Shown here one piece after another: positions 10,149 through 19,876 of a stretch of 33,938 nucleotides of DNA. A program made the translations under genes and the position numbers. The first letter of the stretch is position 1. Every line of letters starts with the position of its first letter. Source of the stretch: a virus (taxonomy: Duplodnaviria; Caudoviricetes); the IMG/VR virus record IMGVR_UViG_3300025655_000154, positions 1-33,938 of that record, one strand, 5' to 3'. The notes below the pieces were generated by a model, which worked only from the letters and a program-made list of their open reading frames with translations, searched no databases and was not told the origin of the DNA.

Positions 10149-11579
10149 CCAAGCTTGAAAACCGTCTCCTAAGACTTGTTTTGCTAAATCGTGTTTCGCC
10201 CTTAAAGACTTTACTATCTTTTCATCAATAGTATCTTTGGTTGTAAGGTCATAATAAGTAACTTTATTTTCTTGACCTATTCTATGAGCACGGTCTTCAG
10301 ACTGTAATCTTTTTTCTAGATCAAAACTATTAGAATAATAAATTACGTTGTTAGCTTTAGTTAACGTAATACCATAACCAGCAGTCATTTGATTACCTAC
10401 GAAAAATCTAGGGTATTCGTTATCGGATTGGAATTCTTTAATCGCTGACTTTCTATGGTCTAGGTCTGTATCCCCATAATAACTAACTACACTTGCTCCA
10501 CCATACTCTTTTTGTAAAGCTTTGGTAATTTTTTCTATATTGTGAACATAGTTCGCCCATATGATAACTTTTCCATCCATATAAGAAATAAGTTCCATCA
10601 TAGCATCTATTCTATTATTATCTATATCTATAATTTCATCTTGATCGTTTCTTACAAAACCACAAATCATGGTATGTAATCTTAAAAGCTGTGTCATGAC
10701 AGAAGTTGCGGTAACAGTTTCTTGGTCTTTTAAGACTGCCATCGCATCTTTTTTCATTTCTTTATATAATTTATTTTGTTCAGGTGTTAATTCAACATAA
10801 TGTTTGTTATAAATTTTATCAGGTAAATCAAGGCATTCTTTCTTTAAAACTCTGAAACTATAGGCTTGTGTAAGCGTCTTTAGTTCGTGTAAGTTCCTAT
10901 ATCCTTTAACTTCACGAAAGCTATGAGACCCTATTGATCTTTGAATGATCTCTGCAAAGTGGTTTTGAAATGAATAATAAGATTGGAAACCTAATATGTG
11001 TGTATCAAGAAATTTGAACTGTGTGTAGAAGTCTAAAGGTGATCTTGTAATAGGAAAACCTGTAAGTATTCTACGAAACTTTGCATGTGCACTAATTTTT
11101 AATAAACTTTTTGTTCTATTAGCTTTTGGGTTTTTAATAGTTGTACTTTCATCTATAGCTATTAAAGAATTAGTAGACTGTAATAATTTTTCTGTAAAGA
11201 TGCGACCTTTCTCAGAAGAAAAAGCTTCAACGTTTATAACTAAGATTCTTAATTTATCTGTTTCCGTAAACAGTTTCATAAGAGCTTCTTGTTTTCTTTT
11301 AGTAGGTGAGGATTTCCAAAGTGTGGTATAGCACTCTACGTGGTCAGGCATGTGTGTAGGTAACTCTTTATCTATCCAGTTTAGATATACTCCTTTAGGT
11401 GCGATAATAACTGCGGTATTAATTGCCCCTCTATCGTAGAGAATAGCTATGTTATCTATAAGAACTTTAGATTTACCTGTACCCATTTCCATAAAAAATG
11501 CATATGCAGGCTTATTCCAACTTTGTTTTAAAGCCTCTAATTGATGTTCATAAGGTACTGTTTTAAACTTATATTTCAT
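10140..11579 (-). CDS. SNF2-family (SF2) helicase
   Basis: Motif I FMEMGTGKS, motif II IDEST, motif III LTGFP, C-terminal GITLT...QSEDRAHRIGQ. Confidence 0.92.
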   Translation of the reverse strand: MKYKFKTVPYEHQLEALKQSWNKPAYAFFMEMGTGKSKVLIDNIAILYDRGAINTAVIIAPKGVYLNWIDKELPTHMPDHVECYTTLWKSSPTKRKQEALMKLFTETDKLRILVINVEAFSSEKGRIFTEKLLQSTNSLIAIDESTTIKNPKANRTKSLLKISAHAKFRRILTGFPITRSPLDFYTQFKFLDTHILGFQSYYSFQNHFAEIIQRSIGSHSFREVKGYRNLHELKTLTQAYSFRVLKKECLDLPDKIYNKHYVELTPEQNKLYKEMKKDAMAVLKDQETVTATSVMTQLLRLHTMICGFVRNDQDEIIDIDNNRIDAMMELISYMDGKVIIWANYVHNIEKITKALQKEYGGASVVSYYGDTDLDHRKSAIKEFQSDNEYPRFFVGNQMTAGYGITLTKANNVIYYSNSFDLEKRLQSEDRAHRIGQENKVTYYDLTTKDTIDEKIVKSLRAKHDLAKQVLGDGFQAWLS

Positions 11580-11624
11580 CTTCTTCTTTCTAGTAAAACT
11601 ATATTACTATAAAAAATAATAAAA

Positions 11625-11656
11625 CGCTTTACTTTGCTTAAATAATTTTATATCTT
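11625..11656 (+). promoter_or_regulatory. Repeated phage promoter
   Basis: CGC-TTTACT-TT, 17-nt spacer, TATCTT (11651-11656); AGAAAGGAAGAAA RBS follows. Confidence 0.75.
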
Positions 11657-11694
11657 AGTTAACGTAACTAATAACTTAAAGAAAGGAAGAAAGT

Positions 11695-12048
11695 ATGAAT
11701 GAAGATTCTAAGCCGACAGTTTATGTCGTTCAGGAAACTCCTGGAAGAAACATTCTGAAAGCTACTTCGTTTGGTAATATTGAAGTTTTACTTCCTGCTA
11801 ACACAAATATCATGTTTAGCAGCATTCCTGTTATTAGAAAACTCAAACGTAAACTATCTAATTATAACTCCGATAAAGATTATCTACTACTTATAGGAGA
11901 TCCGTCTGCTATTGGGGTTTGCTGTGCAATTATTGCACAAAAAGCTAGTAAGTTTACTGTTCTAAAGTGGGATAGAGAAACGCAAGTTTACTATCCTGTG
12001 TTGTTGGATTTGATGGCAAAGGAGGACTTAGAAAATGACATCGGATAA
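11695..12048 (+). CDS. Hypothetical phage protein (first gene of replication operon)
   Basis: Promoter and strong RBS; DYLLLIGDP motif; function unknown. Confidence 0.75.
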   Translation: MNEDSKPTVYVVQETPGRNILKATSFGNIEVLLPANTNIMFSSIPVIRKLKRKLSNYNSDKDYLLLIGDPSAIGVCCAIIAQKASKFTVLKWDRETQVYYPVLLDLMAKEDLENDIG

Positions 12049-12601
12049 TTTAACAGCTGAGTTTTTTGAAAAAGAGGTAGACTGGAAAAGCCTTACAACT
12101 GATGATCAGATGAAAGGTGTTTCCGAATTAGCTCAAAAACAGGTAGAAGCGAAAAAGAAAGTTGATGAACTTACTGGTTTGCTTGACCAAGCTAAAGAAG
12201 AACTCAGAGATATTCAGGAAAGACAATTACCTGAAAAAATGGCTGAAGTTGGCTTCAGCGAAATAAAACTAAATGACGGTACTAAAATCGTTATTGAGGA
12301 TTTTTATAATGCTCACATCTCAAGAAACCATGCCGACCAAGCTTTTGATTGGTTAGAAGGTAATGGTTTCGGTGACATTATAAAACATGAAGTTGGTGTT
12401 AAATTTAACAAAGATCAAGCGTTAGATGCAGCATCAGCTTTTGATCAGCTTCGTGCTATGGGTTTTACTCCTTATAATAATAAAGGTGTGCACCCATCAA
12501 CACTAAAAGCTTGGGTGAAAGAACAAATACAAAATGGTAATGGAGACATTCCCACAGAGTTGTTTGGTCTTTTTATTGGTAGTCGTGCTAAAATAACTTA
12601 G
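12035..12601 (+). CDS. Hypothetical replication-module protein (N-terminal coiled coil)
   Basis: GGAGGA RBS; AFDWLEGNGFGDIIK and VHPSTLKAWVKE motifs recalled from phage replication modules. Confidence 0.7.
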   Translation: MTSDNLTAEFFEKEVDWKSLTTDDQMKGVSELAQKQVEAKKKVDELTGLLDQAKEELRDIQERQLPEKMAEVGFSEIKLNDGTKIVIEDFYNAHISRNHADQAFDWLEGNGFGDIIKHEVGVKFNKDQALDAASAFDQLRAMGFTPYNNKGVHPSTLKAWVKEQIQNGNGDIPTELFGLFIGSRAKIT

Positions 12602-12613
12602 AAAGGAGGATAT

Positions 12614-13360
12614 ATGTCTGAAGAAAGTAAGAAAAGCACAGATTTAGCTGTCTTTGATGACGATCTGCTATCCGCAGGTACTGGTCTAGAGGAAGTTAAA
12701 AGCGATGATTTAGCTATCCCTTTTATTAGGATACTACAAGCTATGTCACCGCAAGTGAACAAACGTGCTGCAGAGTACGTTGATGGAGCAGAGGTCGGTA
12801 TGATATTTAATACTGTTACTAATGCTATCTACGATGGTGAAAAGGGTGTGGAAATTATTCCGTGTTCTTACACTAAAAGATACCTTGAATGGATTCCTAG
12901 AGAAAAAGGCGGTGGTCTAGTAACCGCTGACCATTCTCCAGATATCCTGAGACAGTGTACTAAAAACACTAAAGGTGAATATGTGCTCGAGAACGGCAAC
13001 ACTATAGATGAAACTGCACAGTTCTTTATTCTATTATTAGATGAGAACGAAGGTCCACAGCAAGCTGTGTTGAGTTTTAGCAGAAGTCAGCTAGGTGTAG
13101 CTAGGAAGTGGAATACTATCCTTCGCATGGCTAAAATTCCTAACTCTGAAGGGAAACTAGTTCCAGCACCTATGTTTGCTTATAAATACCTATTAACCAC
13201 AGTTGAGCTATCTAACGATAAAGGCTCTTGGTTTGGGTTTAATGTCTCTCAGGCTGATGCCATTGTAGGTAAAGAAAAGGCTCTAGCATATGAAGCTAGA
13301 GATTTTATGTTAGCTGCAAGATCAGGTGATGTTGAAGTAAAACACGACGACGTTTTGTAG
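12614..13360 (+). CDS. Putative single-stranded DNA-binding protein
   Basis: DDLAIPFIRILQAMSPQV...NDKGSWFG pattern, acidic C-terminus, position before primase; AGAAAGGAGG RBS. Confidence 0.6.
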   Translation: MSEESKKSTDLAVFDDDLLSAGTGLEEVKSDDLAIPFIRILQAMSPQVNKRAAEYVDGAEVGMIFNTVTNAIYDGEKGVEIIPCSYTKRYLEWIPREKGGGLVTADHSPDILRQCTKNTKGEYVLENGNTIDETAQFFILLLDENEGPQQAVLSFSRSQLGVARKWNTILRMAKIPNSEGKLVPAPMFAYKYLLTTVELSNDKGSWFGFNVSQADAIVGKEKALAYEARDFMLAARSGDVEVKHDDVL

Positions 13361-13364
13361 ATAG

Positions 13365-14894
13365 ATGTCTTTAGCTCGAGATTATGCAAAACTTTTTGCT
13401 GGGCTAAAACAGGCGTATGGAAAGTTTACTCAAACTTCTGACCTTAGAGACGACGGTAAAGTTGGCGGAAAGGTTGTTACTGTATCAGAACAACTAACCG
13501 AAAACAGACTAAGGGAGCTTTGGCAACAGCACTTAGACGGTAAGACTTCGATAGGTATTGTTCCTATAGACGAAGATAATTGCTGTCAATGGGGTGCTAT
13601 AGACGTAGATGATTTTACGCTAGACCTTAAAGGTTTAGCTAAGAAACTACATAAACTAAAGCTTCCATTAGTTCTTTGTCGTAGTAAAAGCGGTGGAGCA
13701 CATATATTTCTGTTTGTTTTTGATCCAGTTCCTGCAATCATTATGCAGAGGAAACTAAAAGACATTGCCGCATGTCTTGGTTTTGGACAGGCAGAAATAT
13801 TCCCTAAACAAACTAAACTATTAATAGAAAGAGGGGATAAAGGAAGTGCTTTAAACATGCCATACTTCGGTGGAGAAGATTCTACTAGATATGGTTATGG
13901 AAACTCTGGAGTTGCTCTTACTCCAGAAGAATTTATAGAACTAGCTAATGAAAGAACTATAACTGCAAAAGAGCTAGAGGAGTATGTTATTGAAGCTTCG
14001 CAAGACGAAGAATGGCTAGACCAAGCTCCTCCCTGTTTACAACACCTAATTACACAAGGCTTTCCTAAAGGAACACGTAATTCAGGATTATTTAACGTAG
14101 GTGTATTCCTTAGAAAGAAATACGAAGATGATTGGGAACACCGTTTAGAACAAGTTAATATGAACTATATGTCACCACCGTTAGTGGCACAAGAAGTTTT
14201 AACAATAATAAAACAAGTTCAGAAAAAAGATTATTTCTATCGTTGTAACGATCAACCTATTGCAGGTCATTGTAATTCAACGGTATGTAGGACTAGAAAG
14301 TTTGGTATAGGGTCATCAGGTGGTACACCGCAGTTTAGTAACCTAACAAAACAAAACTCAGATCCACCGATATGGTTTTTAGATGTAGAAGGTGGAAGGT
14401 TAGAACTAGAAACAGACGACCTACTAAACCAAAACAGATTTCAAAGAAAGTGTATGGATGCACTCAATATAATTCCACCTAGAGTAAAAGATAATGTGTG
14501 GAGACAATTAATACAGCAGTTATTAGATAATTTAACTGTAATAGAAATGCCTGACGACGCTTCTAACGAAGGACACTTTAAAGAATTATTAGAAACTTTT
14601 TGCACAGAAAGACCTGCAAGAGAACGAGATGAGATATTATTACATAAGCCTTGGACTGATGCTTATAAAACCTATTTTAGAGTTAGTGATCTAGTTGATT
14701 ACTTAAATAGAAATGGGTTTAAAGAATATGCTAGAAACAAGATTACTTCTAAGTTAAGGCAAATGGGAGGTGGTGCACACTTCTTCAATATAAAAGGTAA
14801 AGGAACTAACGTTTGGTACGTTCCTGAGTTTGAAACACAAAACGAGGTATTTTCGATACCTAAAGACATAACGGATATAGACGAGGAAATATGA
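13365..14894 (+). CDS. Archaeo-eukaryotic-type (AEP) primase with PriCT-like domain
   Basis: Motif I WGAIDVDD, motif II RSKSGGAHIF, PPC...GTRNSGLF PriCT-like segment, Cys cluster YRCND...HCNSTVC. Confidence 0.8.
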   Translation: MSLARDYAKLFAGLKQAYGKFTQTSDLRDDGKVGGKVVTVSEQLTENRLRELWQQHLDGKTSIGIVPIDEDNCCQWGAIDVDDFTLDLKGLAKKLHKLKLPLVLCRSKSGGAHIFLFVFDPVPAIIMQRKLKDIAACLGFGQAEIFPKQTKLLIERGDKGSALNMPYFGGEDSTRYGYGNSGVALTPEEFIELANERTITAKELEEYVIEASQDEEWLDQAPPCLQHLITQGFPKGTRNSGLFNVGVFLRKKYEDDWEHRLEQVNMNYMSPPLVAQEVLTIIKQVQKKDYFYRCNDQPIAGHCNSTVCRTRKFGIGSSGGTPQFSNLTKQNSDPPIWFLDVEGGRLELETDDLLNQNRFQRKCMDALNIIPPRVKDNVWRQLIQQLLDNLTVIEMPDDASNEGHFKELLETFCTERPARERDEILLHKPWTDAYKTYFRVSDLVDYLNRNGFKEYARNKITSKLRQMGGGAHFFNIKGKGTNVWYVPEFETQNEVFSIPKDITDIDEEI

Positions 14895-15487
14895 TTAAGT
14901 TTATTAAAGGTGGCATGAAAGGTTTTGATCCTTTAATTTATGAATGGGATGAACCTGTAGTTAGAGAATATTGCGGTAAAACTATCTATGGTAGAAAAAC
15001 CAAAGGTTTCGGTGAAGAAAGTTTTGAGTATGCAGGGAAGTTCTACAACCCTTCTCCATGGACTCAGCCTATGAAATATATTAAATGGAATACAGAAAGC
15101 TTAGTAAAGGCACAGATAGGTAAAAAAGTAGATTTTAATTTTTGTTTATGTGGTTTATATGAGGAAGATGGAAAAGGTATCCCTCATCATTCAGATACTG
15201 TTCCTACGTTAGATGATATAGTTGTATCACTTTCTTTTGGTGCACCAAGAATATTTGAATGGAGAGAATACCATTACGATATTAAAAAAGAAACCAATAC
15301 TAGTGAAACATACATAGATTTAGAAGGAAACGCTACTATAACTCATTATCTGCTAGAAGACGGTGATGTACTTATATTTGATGGAGCTTCTCAGATGACA
15401 TCTACACACGCTGTATTAGATGTAGTAGGTGCTAGAGATAGAGTTAACTTGACATTTAGAACAGGAATTAATAATGTCAAACACTAG
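14891..15487 (+). CDS. AlkB-like 2OG-Fe(II) dioxygenase
   Basis: HxD (IPHHSD), VSLSFGAPRIF, distal His (STHAV) and RVNLTFR 2-oxoglutarate-binding motif. Confidence 0.88.
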   Translation: MIKFIKGGMKGFDPLIYEWDEPVVREYCGKTIYGRKTKGFGEESFEYAGKFYNPSPWTQPMKYIKWNTESLVKAQIGKKVDFNFCLCGLYEEDGKGIPHHSDTVPTLDDIVVSLSFGAPRIFEWREYHYDIKKETNTSETYIDLEGNATITHYLLEDGDVLIFDGASQMTSTHAVLDVVGARDRVNLTFRTGINNVKH

Positions 15488-15653
15488 AGAAGATTATATA
15501 AAAGTTGTTGTTAAGTGTGATAATGTAATGCATAAAAATCTAAACGATTTAAAGAAAGCAGCTAAAGAAAAAATATTAAAAGACGAAATAATGTGGGTAG
15601 AAGCTATATCGCCAGCACATAGAAGAAAAGAAAAAATATATGTTGCCGACTAA
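15474..15653 (+). CDS. Small hypothetical protein (59 aa)
   Basis: Read by hand: MSNTREDYIKVVVKCD...KIYVAD; AGGA upstream; overlaps both neighbours and fills the gap. Confidence 0.55.
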   Translation: MSNTREDYIKVVVKCDNVMHKNLNDLKKAAKEKILKDEIMWVEAISPAHRRKEKIYVAD

Positions 15654-17133
15654 AACTCAGGTGATTCTTGGACCTCCAGGAACAGGAAAAACATCTACAT
15701 TATTACAACTTATAGAAAACGAATTAGATAGCGGTGTTTCTCCTAACAAGATTGGTTTCTTTACGTTCACAAAAAGAGCGGTAAATGAGGGTGTTGAGAG
15801 AGCCATGAACAAGTTTTCATTAACTAAAAAAGATTTACCTTATTTTAAAACATTACATTCATTAAGTTTTCATCAGCTTGGATTAAACAAAGAAGATGTG
15901 TTTGAACGTACACATTTAATAGAGCTTAATGATAAATTAAATGTAAAACTTACAGGCTCGCAAAGTACAGAAGACGGAACTATTTACAGTATGACTAAAG
16001 ATGATAGGTTGATGTTTATAGATAACCTAGCAAGAATGAAGAAGTGTTCGCTTGAGGATTTATGGCATGATGTAGAAGACGCTGTGAATTGGTATGCACT
16101 TGATAGATTTAGTAGAGGGTATTCAGCTTATAAGAAAGCTAGACGGTTGTACGATTATACAGATATGTTGCAGTTCTTTTTAGAAAGAGGTTATGCACCA
16201 AAGCTCGATGCACTGTTTATAGATGAAGCACAAGACCTTAGTCCTTTACAGTGGGCGGTAGTTAGAAAGCTTATAGATAGTAGCCATAAAGTATATGTTG
16301 CAGGTGATGATGACCAAGCTATTTATAAGTGGGCAGGTGCAGATGTAGATTATTTAATTAGTAATTGCACGAATGCAACTGTATTAGAACAAAGCTACAG
16401 GATACCTAGCTCTATACACGAACTAGCGAGAAAGACTGTAGGTAGATTAACTAAGAGAGTAGCTAAATCTTGGAAACCTAAAGACGATACAGGCGTGGTT
16501 AGTTGGGAAAGAGGTTTTGAACATATAGATATGAGCGAAGGCTCATGGTTAGTTCTAGGTAGAACAAATTACATATTAGAAAACGTAATAGATCATTGTA
16601 AACACGAGGGTTGGTTTTTTGAGGTTAAAGGTAATCCTAGCGTTGCAGGAGTTAAGTTAGACGCTATTAGAAGTTGGGAACGTTTTAATAAAGGTGAGGA
16701 GCTTACACTACAGGAATGTGGAACGTTTTTAAGATATATAAAGAAAGTAGCTAAAAACCAATTAAAGTTATTTGAGGGAGATCTAAAAGTAGGTAGAACT
16801 CATGTAGAGGGTTTAGTAGGTGTATTGCCTAAAGGTAGGTGGTACGATTGCCTAGATATGATCTCTATAACAGAAAGAAGTTACCTACAAGCTATGCTAA
16901 GACGAGGAGAGAAAGTTTTAAAACAACCACGTATCCGTATATCTACTATTCATGCGGCAAAAGGAGCAGAGGCTGACAACGTAATACTGCTAACCGACAT
17001 GACACATAAAGTTTATAACAGTTATCAACGAGACCCTGACGATGAAACGAGAGTGTTTTACGTTGGTATGACAAGGGCAAAAAAGAGGCTTTACTTGATT
17101 GAACCTACATCAAGGAAATATTTCGACTTGTAA
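15640..17133 (+). CDS. UvrD/Rep-like SF1 helicase
   Basis: GPPGTGKT, IDEAQDLS, AGDDDQAIY, QSYR, STIHAAKGAEAD, YVGMTRAK. Confidence 0.93.
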   Translation: MLPTKTQVILGPPGTGKTSTLLQLIENELDSGVSPNKIGFFTFTKRAVNEGVERAMNKFSLTKKDLPYFKTLHSLSFHQLGLNKEDVFERTHLIELNDKLNVKLTGSQSTEDGTIYSMTKDDRLMFIDNLARMKKCSLEDLWHDVEDAVNWYALDRFSRGYSAYKKARRLYDYTDMLQFFLERGYAPKLDALFIDEAQDLSPLQWAVVRKLIDSSHKVYVAGDDDQAIYKWAGADVDYLISNCTNATVLEQSYRIPSSIHELARKTVGRLTKRVAKSWKPKDDTGVVSWERGFEHIDMSEGSWLVLGRTNYILENVIDHCKHEGWFFEVKGNPSVAGVKLDAIRSWERFNKGEELTLQECGTFLRYIKKVAKNQLKLFEGDLKVGRTHVEGLVGVLPKGRWYDCLDMISITERSYLQAMLRRGEKVLKQPRIRISTIHAAKGAEADNVILLTDMTHKVYNSYQRDPDDETRVFYVGMTRAKKRLYLIEPTSRKYFDL

Positions 17134-17156
17134 AGAGGTTTTTTGTCGTATATAAT
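17128..17156 (+). promoter_or_regulatory. Sigma70-type promoter of the DNA-modification cassette
   Basis: TTGTAA (17128-17133), 17-nt spacer, TATAAT (17151-17156); AGAAAGGAGAAA RBS at 17177-17188. Confidence 0.75.
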
Positions 17157-17191
17157 TTTTATTTTAAAAGTAAACAAGAAAGGAGAAACTT

Positions 17192-18031
17192 ATGCCAAGT
17201 ATAAGAAAAAAATTAACAGCTGAACAAAACCCTAACGATTGTAAAAATACAAGAATGGATATTGCTCATGCTGGAGTGTTCGCTAACTTTAGACCTGATG
17301 AAATAGCTCATATTTCTAGGTTTGAAAAAATAGCTTCATTTCTAATAGATGAATCTAAACGTCAAGGTAGACCGCTAGATACTTTAGAGATAGGTTGCGG
17401 ACAGTTGTGGGTGCTACGAACTTTATATAAGTCTTTTGTAGTTAAGAAATCTGATGTAGTTTCATCTTATTATGGTTACGATATCGACCCTGCCTCATTT
17501 GAAGAAATCAAATTTTGGGCAGGAGAAGGTGGTCATGTAAACGATACTACTTGGATTAAAAACTTTAACGCTACTTTAGAATTAAAAGACGTTAGTGTAG
17601 ATCCGACATTACCCCATAATAGCGAAACTATAGACGTAGCTTGGTCTACCGAAGTTATCGAGCATATGCCAAGAGAAGCTGTAGAGCCTTGGATTGCCGA
17701 GTTAAGTCGTGTGGTAAAAAGTGGTGGAACAGTATTTATCTCAACACCTAACCACGATGGCTCTAACGATAAACTTCCTGAAGACCATATCTACGAGTGG
17801 GGTTTCGAGGAACTAAAAGGGTTGCTTACTAGATACTTTAAACTTGAATCTGTAGTAGGTGTATTTACTCAAACTAAAAAGTTCCAGAAATCTCAAGACG
17901 CTAAACAAATATGGACTCCTGAACAGTTAGACATGTTGAAAGAAAGATATGGAAGACAGTTCTTAAGAGTTGTATTAGCGACTTTTTATCCAGAGACTTC
18001 TAACAACTGTTTTTGGAGATTAACTAAGTAA
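17192..18031 (+). CDS. Class I SAM-dependent methyltransferase
   Basis: Motif I LEIGCG, acidic GYDID, STEVIEHM, KSGGTVFISTPN; lacks the DPPY/PC motifs of DNA methyltransferases. Confidence 0.85.
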   Translation: MPSIRKKLTAEQNPNDCKNTRMDIAHAGVFANFRPDEIAHISRFEKIASFLIDESKRQGRPLDTLEIGCGQLWVLRTLYKSFVVKKSDVVSSYYGYDIDPASFEEIKFWAGEGGHVNDTTWIKNFNATLELKDVSVDPTLPHNSETIDVAWSTEVIEHMPREAVEPWIAELSRVVKSGGTVFISTPNHDGSNDKLPEDHIYEWGFEELKGLLTRYFKLESVVGVFTQTKKFQKSQDAKQIWTPEQLDMLKERYGRQFLRVVLATFYPETSNNCFWRLTK

Positions 18032-18900
18032 TGTTCATAGAGGAAGAACTAGATAGATATATCTATTGGATAGAGGAAAGAGAGAGGATCAGGACTAAAA
18101 AAGAAGAAGAAGGTCTTGATCCTCCTTGGACTGACGACAAGATATTACAGGAGTATAAGTTCTGTCAAGTCTTTAGGGATGACGATAGAACTAGTCGGTG
18201 GTTTATAGAGCATATGCGTGATCCATTAAGAATGTCTCCTGAAGTATTTATGGCTACTGTTATTTTCCGTTGGTTTAATTTAATCCAAACAGGAGAAACT
18301 ATTCTTAAATATGATTTGCATACTGATTGGGATCCAACGATTGCAGATGTACAAATAAGAAAACAAAACCAATGGATAACAGGTGCTTATGTAATTAAAA
18401 GTCCAGACGGATTAGATAAGTTGCAAGGTATTATCAGGTGTATTAATTACATGTGGTATAGAAAAGATGAAATACTAGAAGAAGTTTACAACCGCATGGA
18501 TTCTATGCAAAAGATGTGGGAGTATTTACGAGGTTTTCCATTTCAAGGTCCATTTATGGCTTATGAAATAGTAACTGATTTAAGTTTTACTATGTTTTTA
18601 AAAGACGCTACTGATAGGTTGACTTGGGCTAATGCAGGTCCAGGAGCAATGAGAGGTCTAAACAGACTGACAGGTAGACCATTAGATTTTAAAAAGAAGT
18701 CAAACGATTGGGTTGGAGAAATGAACGAACTTTACGAAATATGTAAGTTGAGATTATCTCCTAGTATATTAAAAAGTAACAGACATGCCTTTGAGTTACG
18801 AGAAATAGAAGGTGGTCTTTGTGAGTTCGATAAGTATTCTAGGATACTAAAAGGAGAAGGAAGAACAAGGAGTAAGTATGTACACAATAAAAGCGTATAA
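18031..18900 (+). CDS. aGPT-Pplase1 / 5-hmdU DNA kinase helical-domain family protein (thymidine hypermodification transferase)
   Basis: PPWTDDKILQEYKFCQVFRDDDRTS, FRWFN, GPFMAYEIVTDL, GPGAMRGL and LCEFDKY match this HhH-glycosylase-fold family as recalled. Confidence 0.8.
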   Translation: MFIEEELDRYIYWIEERERIRTKKEEEGLDPPWTDDKILQEYKFCQVFRDDDRTSRWFIEHMRDPLRMSPEVFMATVIFRWFNLIQTGETILKYDLHTDWDPTIADVQIRKQNQWITGAYVIKSPDGLDKLQGIIRCINYMWYRKDEILEEVYNRMDSMQKMWEYLRGFPFQGPFMAYEIVTDLSFTMFLKDATDRLTWANAGPGAMRGLNRLTGRPLDFKKKSNDWVGEMNELYEICKLRLSPSILKSNRHAFELREIEGGLCEFDKYSRILKGEGRTRSKYVHNKSV

Positions 18901-19876
18901 CGTAAACGATGCTTTTTACAAAGGTTTAGATCTTTTTGGCTCTAACATTAACTATAGAGAATATGAAAGCAGAAACGGTAGAGTGTGGGAACTAAAAGAC
19001 CCAATCACTATTAAATACATTAATCCACACCATAGAGTTTTATTTGATAAATGGAGAGATTGTAATCCTTTTTTCCATTTAGCTGAAGGCTTATGGATGT
19101 TAGCAGGTCGAGGAGATTTAGCTTCTATGGAGCATTACGTTCCTAGAATGTCTGAGTTTTCAGACGATGGAAAAAGTTTATGGGGTGCTTACGGTTATAG
19201 ATGGAGATGGATGTTTGGCACTGATCAACTAAAAACTATTATTAAGATGCTACAAAGAAATCCTGATGATAGACGTTGTGTATTACAGATGTGGGGTGCT
19301 GAACAAGACCTAAACCATTTAGACGGTAAAGGAAAAGACGTGCCTTGTAATACTCAAATTTATTTTAAGATTAGAGACGGTGCTTTACGTATGACCGTAA
19401 CTAATAGGTCTAATGATTTAATATGGGGTTGTTTCGGTGCTAACATGGTTCACTTCAGTATGCTTCATGAATACATGGCAAGTATGATCGGAGTAAAGCT
19501 TGGTGAATATTATCACTTTACTGACAACTTACATATCTATGTAGACTATCCAATATGGAGAGATAAAGTTTCTCAAATAGACACAGAGGTAGGTTTATAC
19601 TGTTATAGAAATGATGACGCTTACCCTGCAAATTTAGTTCCTTTGGTGCTTGAGCCTAGTACCTTTGACCAAGAAGTTAAAGATGTATTAGATCGTGTAG
19701 AAAAAGATAAAGGTTATTATCAAAATCCTTTTCTAGAGTATACAGCAATTCCTGTTATAAATGCTTGGGATCTTTGGAAGAAAGGAGACCTTAATTCAGC
19801 TAAAGATGTTGTTGAAAGCATCGAAGCACAGGATTGGAGGACAGCTTGTTTAAATTATTTACAGAGGAGAAGTTAA
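18878..19876 (+). CDS. Thymidylate synthase homologue, probably dUMP hydroxymethylase
   Basis: GAYGYR, DDRR, catalytic PC (DVPCN), RSNDLIWGCFGAN with the dUMP-selecting Asn, DNLHIY; adjacent to the aGPT-Pplase gene. Confidence 0.85.
   Translation: MYTIKAYNVNDAFYKGLDLFGSNINYREYESRNGRVWELKDPITIKYINPHHRVLFDKWRDCNPFFHLAEGLWMLAGRGDLASMEHYVPRMSEFSDDGKSLWGAYGYRWRWMFGTDQLKTIIKMLQRNPDDRRCVLQMWGAEQDLNHLDGKGKDVPCNTQIYFKIRDGALRMTVTNRSNDLIWGCFGANMVHFSMLHEYMASMIGVKLGEYYHFTDNLHIYVDYPIWRDKVSQIDTEVGLYCYRNDDAYPANLVPLVLEPSTFDQEVKDVLDRVEKDKGYYQNPFLEYTAIPVINAWDLWKKGDLNSAKDVVESIEAQDWRTACLNYLQRRS

Noticed and set aside
17088-17096. GCTTTACTT as another promoter copy
   Set aside because: Inside the helicase coding sequence with no -10 at 17 nt; a better promoter lies at 17128.
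17192-18031. Restriction-modification DNA methyltransferase
   Set aside because: No DPPY/NPPY/SPPY or PC-ENV catalytic motifs.
18878-19876. dCMP hydroxymethylase (T4-type) assignment
   Set aside because: The specificity position is Asn (FGAN), not Asp, and the neighbouring gene family acts on 5-hmdU.
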